Shown here: positions 19,837-28,924 of the stretch, piece after piece
Layout of the letters: each line of letters starts with the position of its first letter
Numbering within the stretch: the stretch's first letter is position 1
Assembly (NCBI GenBank): GCA_003551705.1
Contig: PUNJ01000190.1
Coordinates: 5,900 to 69,899, forward strand
From: Chloroflexota bacterium
Lineage (GTDB): Bacteria; Chloroflexota; Dehalococcoidia; UBA2247; RBG-13-53-26
Length of the DNA: 64,000 nucleotides
Direction of reading: 5' to 3'
Made by a program: the position numbers and the translations under genes
The notes under the pieces: model-generated
Database searches by the model: none
Told to the model about the DNA's origin: nothing
Seen by the model: the letters and a program-made list of their open reading frames with translations, nothing else

Positions 19837-20898
19837 CTAGGAGGCGAAGCATCTCCAGTACGGGGAGAGTCTGTCTTTCACGCCCTTCACGGTCTCCTTC
19901 ACTTCTGCAACGGCGGAATCCCTCCTGTGTCCAGAGGGAATCGAGTAGGGTTCTTCAACATCCATTTCCATACCGGTCAGGCCACAAATTGAAGACAACC
20001 ATCCTCGGGGAAACAGGATGGCCCGGGGATCGTAACCGGAACCCTCAAAGGCTATGAGCTTCCCCTCGCACAGTTCCTCCGCTGCCTGCCCGACTCTTTT
20101 GCCAATGGCGTAAATGCCCTTCAAGGTCAAGCCCATGTGCGTGATCTGGTCGCTGAAATGTGTGTCGCTCCCGCCCACCATCAGCAACACTTGTGGACTA
20201 AACTCTTGAGCCAGCGGAGCAAAAATGCTGTCAAGCACATACTGGTAAGCAGAATCGCTGGTCCCGGGGGGTACAGGGACGTTCACGGAGTAACCCAGGC
20301 CTTTTGCCAGACCTATGGGGTTAGTGTAATCTGGTCCCGGATACAGGGTACGCGGATCTTGGTGTATGGATATGAACAAGACCCTGGGATCACCGGCAAA
20401 TATGGCGTAGATTCCATCCCCGGCATGAGCATCTGCGTCCAGTACCATAATTCGTTCCAGCCCGTGGTTTTGCATGAGGTTTTCAGCACATATTCCGACG
20501 TCGCTGAAGATTCCGAAACCCTTCTCATGATCCCTGCCGGCGTGTTGCACACCTCCGCCGATGACGATAGCTTTGTTGATGGTCCCCGACTGGACCAGGT
20601 CTCCGGCCAATTTGCCTGCCCCTGCCAGCAAGCGTGCGGCCCTTACCACTCCGTGCGAGAGAGGCGTATCATGTGGGTCCCGGGACTGGCAGGTCTCTAT
20701 GCGTGTGATGTATTCTTCGGAGTGGACAAGCTTGAGATCATCGTCGGTGGCATAACCGGGCTCAATGACCTGGAAATCCGGATGGCGGCCTAGCTTCTCC
20801 CGGAACAGGTCCATGAAACGCTCATATCTTTCGCCGGTAAGGACATGACCCAGGTCATACTCTCGCAATCGCTGGCTGTAGAGTATCGCCGTCCGCAT
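19837..20898 (-). CDS. histone deacetylase/acetoin-utilization (AcuC-like) family amidohydrolase
   Basis: Arginase/deacetylase fold with the DADAHAGDG metal-site region and a SGGGF-like segment. Confidence 0.75.
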   Translation of the reverse strand: MRTAILYSQRLREYDLGHVLTGERYERFMDLFREKLGRHPDFQVIEPGYATDDDLKLVHSEEYITRIETCQSRDPHDTPLSHGVVRAARLLAGAGKLAGDLVQSGTINKAIVIGGGVQHAGRDHEKGFGIFSDVGICAENLMQNHGLERIMVLDADAHAGDGIYAIFAGDPRVLFISIHQDPRTLYPGPDYTNPIGLAKGLGYSVNVPVPPGTSDSAYQYVLDSIFAPLAQEFSPQVLLMVGGSDTHFSDQITHMGLTLKGIYAIGKRVGQAAEELCEGKLIAFEGSGYDPRAILFPRGWLSSICGLTGMEMDVEEPYSIPSGHRRDSAVAEVKETVKGVKDRLSPYWRCFAS

Positions 20899-20957
20899 CA
20901 CGCATTTCCTCGGGAAGTGGGACCCCGGATGGGCCAAGACTCCCCTCGCTGACCGGT

Positions 20958-23900
20958 TTATGGTTTGGTTCGGACGCCGGCCGGCGACGGGCGAAGCTCG
21001 AATTCGAGGCTATCACCCGGACGCAATTCACGTATCTGATCCCGAAACCCCACCTGTACCGGAGTGACGAGTCCTCCGCGCCTCGTGGCTGACAGGGATA
21101 AGGAGTCTTGTGTTATCTTCACTTCGATCCATTGTTGGTGGTAACGCACGTACAGAGAGAGACTCTTCAGCTCTTCCGGCAAGTAAGGGTCAAACCAGAG
21201 TACGCCGCTACGGGTAACGATTCCCGTGTAACATCTCTGGATGACATCAACCGAACCTGCCATGGCCCCGAGATGTATGCCCTCCGGGGTGGTACCTCCC
21301 TGAACATCTGAAACGTCGCTCTCCAGCGCATCCTTGAAGAGGAGCCAGGAAAGCTCGCGCTGGGACCGAGACAGCACCCAGGAATGGACTACCCGGCTGA
21401 GGGTTGAACCATGCGAAGTCCGTTTCAAATAGTATTCAATGTTCGTATGGATCATTCCCGTATCGAAATCGTAACCGAGGCGGTAGAACAGTTCTATCAG
21501 TTCTCCAGGAGAAAAGAGATAGAAGAGCATTAGGAGATCCGCCTGCTTGGAGACCTTGTAGCGATTTGGCGTGTCCTCCTCCGCCTCCAGAATGCGGTCC
21601 AGGCGCTCTATTCTACCGTACTTGTCCCGGTAACCTTCCCAGTCGAATTCTTCGAGGTTTTCGTAGCCTTCGAATTGACTGACGATATTCCCATCATGAA
21701 AAGGTACCAGCATCTTCCGGCTGATATCATCCCACTTCTCGATCTCCTCCATGCGCAGGTTCAGATTGTCGTGCAAGGACTGCTTGCGGTCTTCAGGCAG
21801 CAGATCTAGTATGTCCAAGGCCCGGCATAAAACCCACACAGCCATGACATTTGTATAGGCGTTGTTATTAATGCCTGGTTCTTCCTTGCCTGGATATCCG
21901 TCATGGTACTCGTCAGGTCCCATGACGCCGTGTATTTCATAGCGGTCCCTGGCCCTGTCATAATGGGCTATGCTGGCCCAGAACCTGGCGATCTCGATGA
22001 TCATTTCCGCACCATAGAAAGACAGGTAATCGATATCGTTCGTGACCTGGTAGTAGTTCCAAATATTGTAGGCTATGACACTATTGATGTGCCGTTGCAG
22101 ATATGTATGGTCCGGCAACCAGCGGCCTGACATGGGGTTTAGGTGCAGTACCTGGCTTTCTTCCCTGCCGTCGCTGCCGCTCTGCCAGGGATACATGGCA
22201 CCGGCATAGCCTGCCTCACTGGCCGCCCTGCGTGCCTCGTTCAGGCGGCGGTAACGATATTGAAGCAGGGACCTGGTTATATCGGGAATGCTGAAATTGA
22301 GGAAGGGCAGGATGAAGACCTCGTCCCAGAATATGTGTCCCCGGTAGGCCTCGCCATGAAGGCCGCGTGCAGGAACACCCGCATCCAGGTCGATGGTGTG
22401 CACGGACACCGTTTGCAACAGGTGGAATACATGCAGATTCAGGATGAGTGAAGATCGCTCGTTGTCCTCCAGGGTGAGGCCGCAGCGGTGCCATAAATGG
22501 TCCCAGCCCAGTACATGTTGTTCCAGCAGTTTATCGAACGCGGGTGCTCGCTGCGTTGCATTCAGGGCCGCCAGGCCGCTCTCTGAAATGGCCAGGTCCC
22601 TTGAGGTAAATAGCGCCACCATCTTTTCAACAGTGACCGGCTGCTTTTCCTGCAGGTGCAGGGTGAATTCCTGGCTGATGTAGCGCGGTTCTTGTACGAC
22701 TTGGAACTGTACCTGGACCGGCGCGCCGTTTTGCATGACCCTGGTGCGTGCCGCTTCTGATATGCGGATTTTCGACTGGTTGGTCTCGACTTGCAACAGA
22801 ATGGAATCTTCACCCTCCGGTCTGCTATAGACTGGCGAAAGATGATCGCTGTCCAACTGGCGGTACCGGGCAACCCCCGTGTTTGCTACGCGCCCGTCCA
22901 AGGCGGAGCATATATCGACGGAGCCTGACCAGTCTTCAGGGACTATCGTCGTCTCCAGGCATGCCAGGTGAGGGTTGCGGATGCTCACTATCCGGCGTTG
23001 TACTATCCGTGTATGCCGTTGTAACTTATCTTTGAAACGGATGGCACGGGTGAGTATCCCCTTGTGCAGGTTCAGTTCCTGACGGTATTCCAGTATTTCG
23101 ATCTCATGCAGGTTGAACCACTCACACCCCTCGAGTCGGAACAGGAAAGAAAGCCAGTTAGGTGCGTTGACCAGGCTCTCGTTCTCTATGGTGCGCCCCG
23201 CGATATGGGTGGCCAGCCTGTTGTAACACCCGGCTACGTAGGTGCCCGGGTAATTTTGTTCTCCTGCCTGGGCTTCCGGAGCAGCCCCTCTGGTAGCGAA
23301 GTGGCCGTTGCCAAGCGTGCAAAGGGCTTCTCGCAGCTTTTCCTGGTTGGGATCATAGTCTTCGTATGTCAGGGACCAGATGCCTATGGTTGTCTTGCCC
23401 TCAGCCAGGCCGGCCAGGTAATCCAGGAATGCCAGGACCTCTTCAGGGCTTTCGAGCACGTAACGGGCCGCAGAGGGCCGCGAGTCAGTACCTACGACCA
23501 CGCCGACGCCGCGTCTACGGACGGCCTTGAAAGCATCCTCATCTGTGATGTCGTCGCCAACAAATAGGGGGGCAATGTCTGCTCCATCCAGGAACAGTGT
23601 ATTGAGTAGTCCCAGCAATGCCTTTCCCTTGTCCCAGTCTACGTTTGGAATAATCTCTAATATCTTCTTGCCGCCTCTGTAGCGAAGCTGGGGCTCTCCT
23701 TCTACAACGCTCTGGACCGCTCCTTCAAGCTCTTCAATAGCGCTATCCTCTTTCACCTGGCGGAAATGCAAGGCGATGGCGTACCGCTTTCGCTCCAGCC
23801 TGGCACCCGGAATGCCGTCAATAACAGGTTTGAGTTGTGCCTCAGCCCAGTCCAGGGCAGGGAGGAAACGGTGACCCATCTCGGCGAAATGCTGTGCCCC

Positions 23901-24980
23901 CGGTCCTGAGACATCGAAACCGTGACTGCCGGCATATATAACGTTGTCGAGCCCTATCTTGCTCTTGACATCGTTGAGATCGCGCCCGCTCAGGATGGCC
24001 ACTGTCCCTCGGTCAGCCAGGCGGCGTAACACCGATTTCATCCTGCTGGGCAGGAGTGCCTGGTCGGGGTCTTCCACTATCGGCGTCAAAGTCCCGTCAT
24101 AGTCCAGGAAGAGTGCAAATGTGCCCTTCCATACCTGCTGAAAAATGTCCTCTTTGCTATTCCAGGCAGAGGGAAGGTCCGTCATATTGCGCACTGGTAC
24201 CTCCACGTCCGAACGTTCAAAAGTGATTTCAGCAAGGTCTCGCACCACCAGATTGGCTCCCCACTCCGCCAGGCCTTTACCGTTCCGCGACCTGTCGACG
24301 CCGATTACATAGCGGAAACCGCCTTTGCGTCCCGCTTCCACCCCGGCGATGGCATCTTCGACGATGGCCGCCCGGGCAGGGGCTATCCCTAGCAGGCGGG
24401 CAGCCTCGATGAAGATGTCGGGTTCCGGCTTGCCCCGGAGACCGAACTTGGCCATGTCCTCACCGTCTATCTTGACCTCGAAAAGTTCTCTGACTCCTGC
24501 AGCCTTTAGTATTCGCTCTGCATTGCGACTGGAGGAGATGACTGCCACGCGCAGTCCTCTGGATTTGAGTTCCTCTATTAGTCTGATAGTAGACTCGTAA
24601 GCACGGGCCCCGATTTTTTCCAATGCTTCGAGAAAGTACCGGTTCTTGCGGTTGCCCAGGCCGTAGGCGGTCTCTGCTTCTGGGCCGTCACTGATATCGC
24701 CCTGAGGAATCTTTATGCCTCGCGAGGCAAGAAAGGCCCGTACACCGTCCTGGCGCGGTTTGCCATCCACGTAGCGCTGGTAGTCGTACTCCTCGTCAAA
24801 GGGCAGGAAGGCTTCGCCCAAGCGGCGCGCCCGTTCTTCCAGGCATTCGTCAAACAACTTTTTCCAGGCTGTGGCATGGACATGCGCCGTATCTGTCACC
24901 ACGCCATCCATGTCAAATATCACGCCATCAATCTCTTCCAGGTTCACCAGATTGTACTGTCCACGAATGTTCGATTTCAT
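20958..24980 (-). CDS. tri-domain trehalose-metabolism protein: beta-phosphoglucomutase-like HAD, trehalose-6-phosphate phosphatase and a GH65 phosphorylase (OtsB1-like)
   Basis: ATG after aaggaga. N-terminal HAD-IA region (FDMDGVVTDT...GKPEPDIF...VEDAIAGVEAG). Middle HAD-IIB T6PP region (LFLDYDGTLTPIV...SGRDL...VGDDITDEDAF). C-terminal GH65 region (GLHGEAYRGHIFWDEVFILPF...YPWQSGSDGREESQ). Confidence 0.85.
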   Translation of the reverse strand: MKSNIRGQYNLVNLEEIDGVIFDMDGVVTDTAHVHATAWKKLFDECLEERARRLGEAFLPFDEEYDYQRYVDGKPRQDGVRAFLASRGIKIPQGDISDGPEAETAYGLGNRKNRYFLEALEKIGARAYESTIRLIEELKSRGLRVAVISSSRNAERILKAAGVRELFEVKIDGEDMAKFGLRGKPEPDIFIEAARLLGIAPARAAIVEDAIAGVEAGRKGGFRYVIGVDRSRNGKGLAEWGANLVVRDLAEITFERSDVEVPVRNMTDLPSAWNSKEDIFQQVWKGTFALFLDYDGTLTPIVEDPDQALLPSRMKSVLRRLADRGTVAILSGRDLNDVKSKIGLDNVIYAGSHGFDVSGPGAQHFAEMGHRFLPALDWAEAQLKPVIDGIPGARLERKRYAIALHFRQVKEDSAIEELEGAVQSVVEGEPQLRYRGGKKILEIIPNVDWDKGKALLGLLNTLFLDGADIAPLFVGDDITDEDAFKAVRRRGVGVVVGTDSRPSAARYVLESPEEVLAFLDYLAGLAEGKTTIGIWSLTYEDYDPNQEKLREALCTLGNGHFATRGAAPEAQAGEQNYPGTYVAGCYNRLATHIAGRTIENESLVNAPNWLSFLFRLEGCEWFNLHEIEILEYRQELNLHKGILTRAIRFKDKLQRHTRIVQRRIVSIRNPHLACLETTIVPEDWSGSVDICSALDGRVANTGVARYRQLDSDHLSPVYSRPEGEDSILLQVETNQSKIRISEAARTRVMQNGAPVQVQFQVVQEPRYISQEFTLHLQEKQPVTVEKMVALFTSRDLAISESGLAALNATQRAPAFDKLLEQHVLGWDHLWHRCGLTLEDNERSSLILNLHVFHLLQTVSVHTIDLDAGVPARGLHGEAYRGHIFWDEVFILPFLNFSIPDITRSLLQYRYRRLNEARRAASEAGYAGAMYPWQSGSDGREESQVLHLNPMSGRWLPDHTYLQRHINSVIAYNIWNYYQVTNDIDYLSFYGAEMIIEIARFWASIAHYDRARDRYEIHGVMGPDEYHDGYPGKEEPGINNNAYTNVMAVWVLCRALDILDLLPEDRKQSLHDNLNLRMEEIEKWDDISRKMLVPFHDGNIVSQFEGYENLEEFDWEGYRDKYGRIERLDRILEAEEDTPNRYKVSKQADLLMLFYLFSPGELIELFYRLGYDFDTGMIHTNIEYYLKRTSHGSTLSRVVHSWVLSRSQRELSWLLFKDALESDVSDVQGGTTPEGIHLGAMAGSVDVIQRCYTGIVTRSGVLWFDPYLPEELKSLSLYVRYHQQWIEVKITQDSLSLSATRRGGLVTPVQVGFRDQIRELRPGDSLEFELRPSPAGVRTKP

Positions 24981-25159
24981 ATTGTTCTCCTTAAGCCGGC
25001 ACTGCACACGCTCGGGCATGCAGGGGGATACCCTGTCTCTGTTGAAATATAACCGCGCTTGAAATAACGGAGAATACCTAATAAGAGGTATTAAGACCCT
25101 TGCGGAATCCGGGCGACTGGATTTGGAAGAGGGCTTTGACTTCGATGGGTTCAGAGGTT

Positions 25160-25915
25160 TCAGGTCACCAACCAGCCGCCGTCCACGATGATTGCATTTC
25201 CACTTATGTAGGAGGCCTCCTCAGAAGCCAGAAAGGCGGCTACACGGGCAACCTCTTCCGGCTGTCCGAACCTGCCCGCTGGGACCCTTGCCAGTACCCG
25301 GTCTATCTGTTCGGGTGCTTTGGCCTCTGCAGCCATGGCCGTATCTATTACTCCGGGACAAATGGCTGTTACATTTACGCCATGGGGTGTTAGTTCCAGA
25401 GCCAGGGCGGAAGTCAGACCTATAACACCCGCTTTGGACGCCGTATAGTGGGCGATATGGGGATAAGCCATGCCACAACCTCCCATGGAGATGGAACCGA
25501 TGTTGATTATGCGTCCCCATTTGTTCGGGACCATCTCTCTGGCAGCAGCCTGGGCGCACAGGAATTGCCCTTTGAGGTTAACGCCCAAAGTCAGGTCCCA
25601 GTCTTCCTCCGACAATTTCAAGAGTGGTCTGCGGCCGAGGATGCCGGCGTTGTTGACGAGTATGTCCAGTTTCCCAAAGGTATCCACTGCCTGTCGGACC
25701 ATGTTCTCTATCTCCTGCCGGGACCTGACATCGCATCTGATAGCCAAGCCCTTGCCGCCTGCGTCCTCGATGGCCTTTACAACTTGCCGGCACTCATCTA
25801 TTTCAAGGTCGCTGACTACGACAAGCGATCCTGATTGGGCAAAGACCTTGGCGATGGCCTCGCCTATACCACGGGCTGCCCCGGTGATTATGGCGACGCG
25901 ATTCTCCAACTGCAT
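25160..25915 (-). CDS. SDR-family oxidoreductase (FabG-like)
   Basis: TGAARGIGEA motif plus NNAG and YxxxK. Confidence 0.85.
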   Translation of the reverse strand: MQLENRVAIITGAARGIGEAIAKVFAQSGSLVVVSDLEIDECRQVVKAIEDAGGKGLAIRCDVRSRQEIENMVRQAVDTFGKLDILVNNAGILGRRPLLKLSEEDWDLTLGVNLKGQFLCAQAAAREMVPNKWGRIINIGSISMGGCGMAYPHIAHYTASKAGVIGLTSALALELTPHGVNVTAICPGVIDTAMAAEAKAPEQIDRVLARVPAGRFGQPEEVARVAAFLASEEASYISGNAIIVDGGWLVT

Positions 25916-25946
25916 GAAACTCCCTTCCCCGGTAACAAGTGACCAG

Positions 25947-27476
25947 CTAAGCTTGGGGCAGGTCCTTGACCGCCGGCGCGTGAATCACTTCACCCTCATG
26001 ACTGAACCGGGTGCCATGACAGGGGCAGTCCCAGCTACGTTCGGCGTCGTTCCAGGCCACAATGCATCCCATATGGGTGCACTTGGGGCTCAAGGTATAT
26101 GTCCTGCCCTCCATATCCTTGTAGACGGCGATTTTCTTGCCGTCCCTGCCAGCCAATTTGCCCTCGCCCGGCTTGATCTTGGTCACGTCTTCGTCCGGTT
26201 TCGCCAGCCTTCCGCTAACCAAGTCTTTCAGTACTGTGGTATTATGGCTGACCAGTTCTCTGGCCACGGCCGAGTCTAATTTGAAGCGATTGGGATCGAA
26301 TACAGGAGCCCGGTCCTCTGGCTTGCCCTGAATGAGGTTTGACAGAATCTGGGCGGCTACCACACTCGTGGTCATACCCCACTGGGCAAATCCGGTGGCT
26401 ACCATGATGCGCTTGCTGAATGGTGTGGCCTTGCCGATATACGGGACCTTGTCTATGGTCACGTTATCCTGAGTTGACCAGCGATAGTCCAGGACGGGTT
26501 GATGGAAAATACGGTTTACAGCTGCCGCCAAGTCCTCGTAACAGGAGACCGTGCTGGCTGCATGCCCGGGCTTATGCTCCACCCCACTGACTATGACAAT
26601 ATCGCCGGCGTCTGTGGGTTGTGAGCGGAAGGCCAGACTTAGTTTGTCCACTCCCGCAAACATTCCTCCGGGGTAGATTTCCTTGGTCCTGATGGCGTAG
26701 ACGTATGAGCGGACCTGGTTGAGCCGGGCGAAATAAAGGCCCGACTTGTCGAAGAAGGGATAGTTAGTGGCCACGACCACATCCCTGGCTTTGATTTTGC
26801 CCTGGTTGGTCAGGACTACGCAGGGTTCACCGTCTTCGATATCGAGTGCTCTCGTTTCCTCAAATACGTAGCTGCCGTTGTCTGGTATGGTGGCTGCTAT
26901 GGCCCTGAGGAACTTGAGCGGATGGAACTGCGCCTGGTTATCGAGGCGTACCGCTCCCTTCACTTCCAAGGGAAGAGGTATGCTGTCAACGAAAGTGGCG
27001 GGCAGGCCCAGGGTCCGGGCGGCGTTGGTCTCCTTCTCAATCTTGTGCAGATGCTCTTGGGTCTCAGCAAAACTATGGAAAGGTTGCCTGGAGAAATCGC
27101 AGTCTATTTGCAGCCTGTCGACCAATGCGGCTACCTCCTCTATGGCCGCTTGATTTGCCTCTGCATACTGCCTGGCCCTTTCGCGGCCGAACACGGCGAT
27201 CAAGTGATCGTAGATCAAGCCGTGGAGGGCCGTAATCTTAGCCGTAGTATGGCCGGTTACGCCCTCCAAGATTCTGCGTGATTCCAGCAAGGCCACCTTT
27301 AACCCGGCCTCCTTCAGATAGTAGGCGCTCATTATGCCCGCAACTCCCCCTCCTATCACAGCCACGTCGACTCTGGCATCCTTGATAAGCGATGGTTCAT
27401 ATGTCCGAGGGGCCGTCGCGATCCAGAAGGACTCCGGCCTACCCGGCATTCCCTCAGTTCTATTCTCGGCCGTCAT
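25947..27476 (-). CDS. FAD-dependent oxidoreductase fused to a C-terminal Rieske [2Fe-2S] domain
   Basis: DAO-type dinucleotide fold VAVIGGGVAGIMSA. C-terminal Rieske motifs CTHMGC...CPCHGTRF. Confidence 0.8.
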   Translation of the reverse strand: MTAENRTEGMPGRPESFWIATAPRTYEPSLIKDARVDVAVIGGGVAGIMSAYYLKEAGLKVALLESRRILEGVTGHTTAKITALHGLIYDHLIAVFGRERARQYAEANQAAIEEVAALVDRLQIDCDFSRQPFHSFAETQEHLHKIEKETNAARTLGLPATFVDSIPLPLEVKGAVRLDNQAQFHPLKFLRAIAATIPDNGSYVFEETRALDIEDGEPCVVLTNQGKIKARDVVVATNYPFFDKSGLYFARLNQVRSYVYAIRTKEIYPGGMFAGVDKLSLAFRSQPTDAGDIVIVSGVEHKPGHAASTVSCYEDLAAAVNRIFHQPVLDYRWSTQDNVTIDKVPYIGKATPFSKRIMVATGFAQWGMTTSVVAAQILSNLIQGKPEDRAPVFDPNRFKLDSAVARELVSHNTTVLKDLVSGRLAKPDEDVTKIKPGEGKLAGRDGKKIAVYKDMEGRTYTLSPKCTHMGCIVAWNDAERSWDCPCHGTRFSHEGEVIHAPAVKDLPQA

Positions 27477-27652
27477 ACTCTGCCTCCCATGACAACGCCC
27501 GTATTGGGTTCATTATGGTGATCGTTATGCATCTAGTCCGGCTTCATCCCCTTCCCTGGTATAGTTCCTTTCCGGTTGGTCAGAAGGTTGCGTGACGGGT
27601 GACTGCTCTGTGTAACCGCCAAGCCTGTAATCGCTTTGCCTGATAGCCGACA

Positions 27653-28099
27653 TTAGATGATCGTGCTGGCAACCTGTTTCTTCTGCTGCTGGAACTGCTT
27701 CATGATGGAGTCCAGTTGGTCCTCCGACAAGAACTCCCTGGCATCGTCGAAAATGGTGCTCTCTTCTTCCTCGACATGGTGCTGGACCAGGTCGGTCAGT
27801 ACCACAAGTTTGGCGGCCCAGTGTTCGTCCTGAAGGGACATGGAGTCCATTTCGTTCAATATCAACTCTGCTGCATGATGCTCCTCTGTTGCCTCAAGGG
27901 CATCTTGCCTGCAGGAACTGTGCTGCATCAAGGCTGGGTAGAACACAGCCTCTTCTGCTTTCATATGCGGTTTCAATTCCTGTTTCAGCTTCATGAAGAG
28001 TTCCTGCCTCTGAGGAGAGGTGGGCGAAGTCTCCTCCAGTTGCTCTAAAATGCCTTCCAATTGCTCGTGTTCTGATTCAAGGAGCTCAAACAAGTCCAT
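27653..28099 (-). CDS. hemerythrin-like (HHE cation-binding) domain protein
   Basis: Repeated H/E ligand motifs (EHEQLE, HMKAEE, HHAAE, HHVEEEE) in a four-helix composition. Confidence 0.7.
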   Translation of the reverse strand: MDLFELLESEHEQLEGILEQLEETSPTSPQRQELFMKLKQELKPHMKAEEAVFYPALMQHSSCRQDALEATEEHHAAELILNEMDSMSLQDEHWAAKLVVLTDLVQHHVEEEESTIFDDAREFLSEDQLDSIMKQFQQQKKQVASTII

Positions 28100-28610
28100 T
28101 TCTTTCCTCCTGTTAAGTCTTCATAGTCATTCCTAGAGGACTGGACAGCATGGTTCTGATTTTCAGGCAAGGCCGTTATCGGGTAGAGCCCGCTTGTTCC
28201 CTCATACACTGGAACCAGACCGTCCGGGCACCTCCTACTCCGTCATGCCCCGTTTCGTGCTCTATCCCGGGGTGTGCTGGCGGGCAGAAGGATATGATGG
28301 TTGACCCGTCCTCTTTAATCCAATTATAGTGCCGGCAGGCCCTATATGGGGGAGGTGCAGCCCTTTCTTTGTGAGAAATTTATGGAAGGTCTCCAATTAG
28401 CATGGAGGGGTAGTCGACTGTTTGCGCCAAGGGGCTCTTGCTGGTGGCCCGGGACAAGATATGGCCGGGACTTGGGGACCCTCGCTCCCCGCCTCCTCTC
28501 AACTTTCGACCCTTATTGGCGGGCCGGCGGCGAGCGTGCTACAAGTACGACATTCGCAGACGAGTACTTGTTGCACTTCAGTTTCATCGATGGTCGCTAT
28601 CGACATTCTG

Positions 28611-28639
28611 TTGACATCGTGCTTATTTGCCCATACAAT
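28611..28639 (+). promoter_or_regulatory. near-consensus sigma70 promoter (TTGACA-17 nt-TACAAT)
   Basis: Exact hexamers with a 17-nt spacer, about 285 nt upstream of the acyl-CoA ligase start. Confidence 0.6.
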
Positions 28640-28924
28640 AGCCCAAAATGCTTGCCTCACTCGGACAAGGAAAAGGACCGGAAGATACTCGCCATCTCGA
28701 CGCACTGTGCCTAGCGACATCCATGAAGTATGCTCGGGTAGCATGGGGTGTGGTTACGGGACAGAGGCGGAGCGTGGAAGGCGGTGGTAGTAACGTAGTC
28801 GATATACCGGTGCGGATTTTCATAAGTAGGGACCAAACTCAAGAACAGGTATTGAGATATTCAATTGCTGGGTGAGAGGGGCCCAGGTCCGTGGCAGAAA
28901 TATTAGTTGTTTGTAGGTGAGAAT

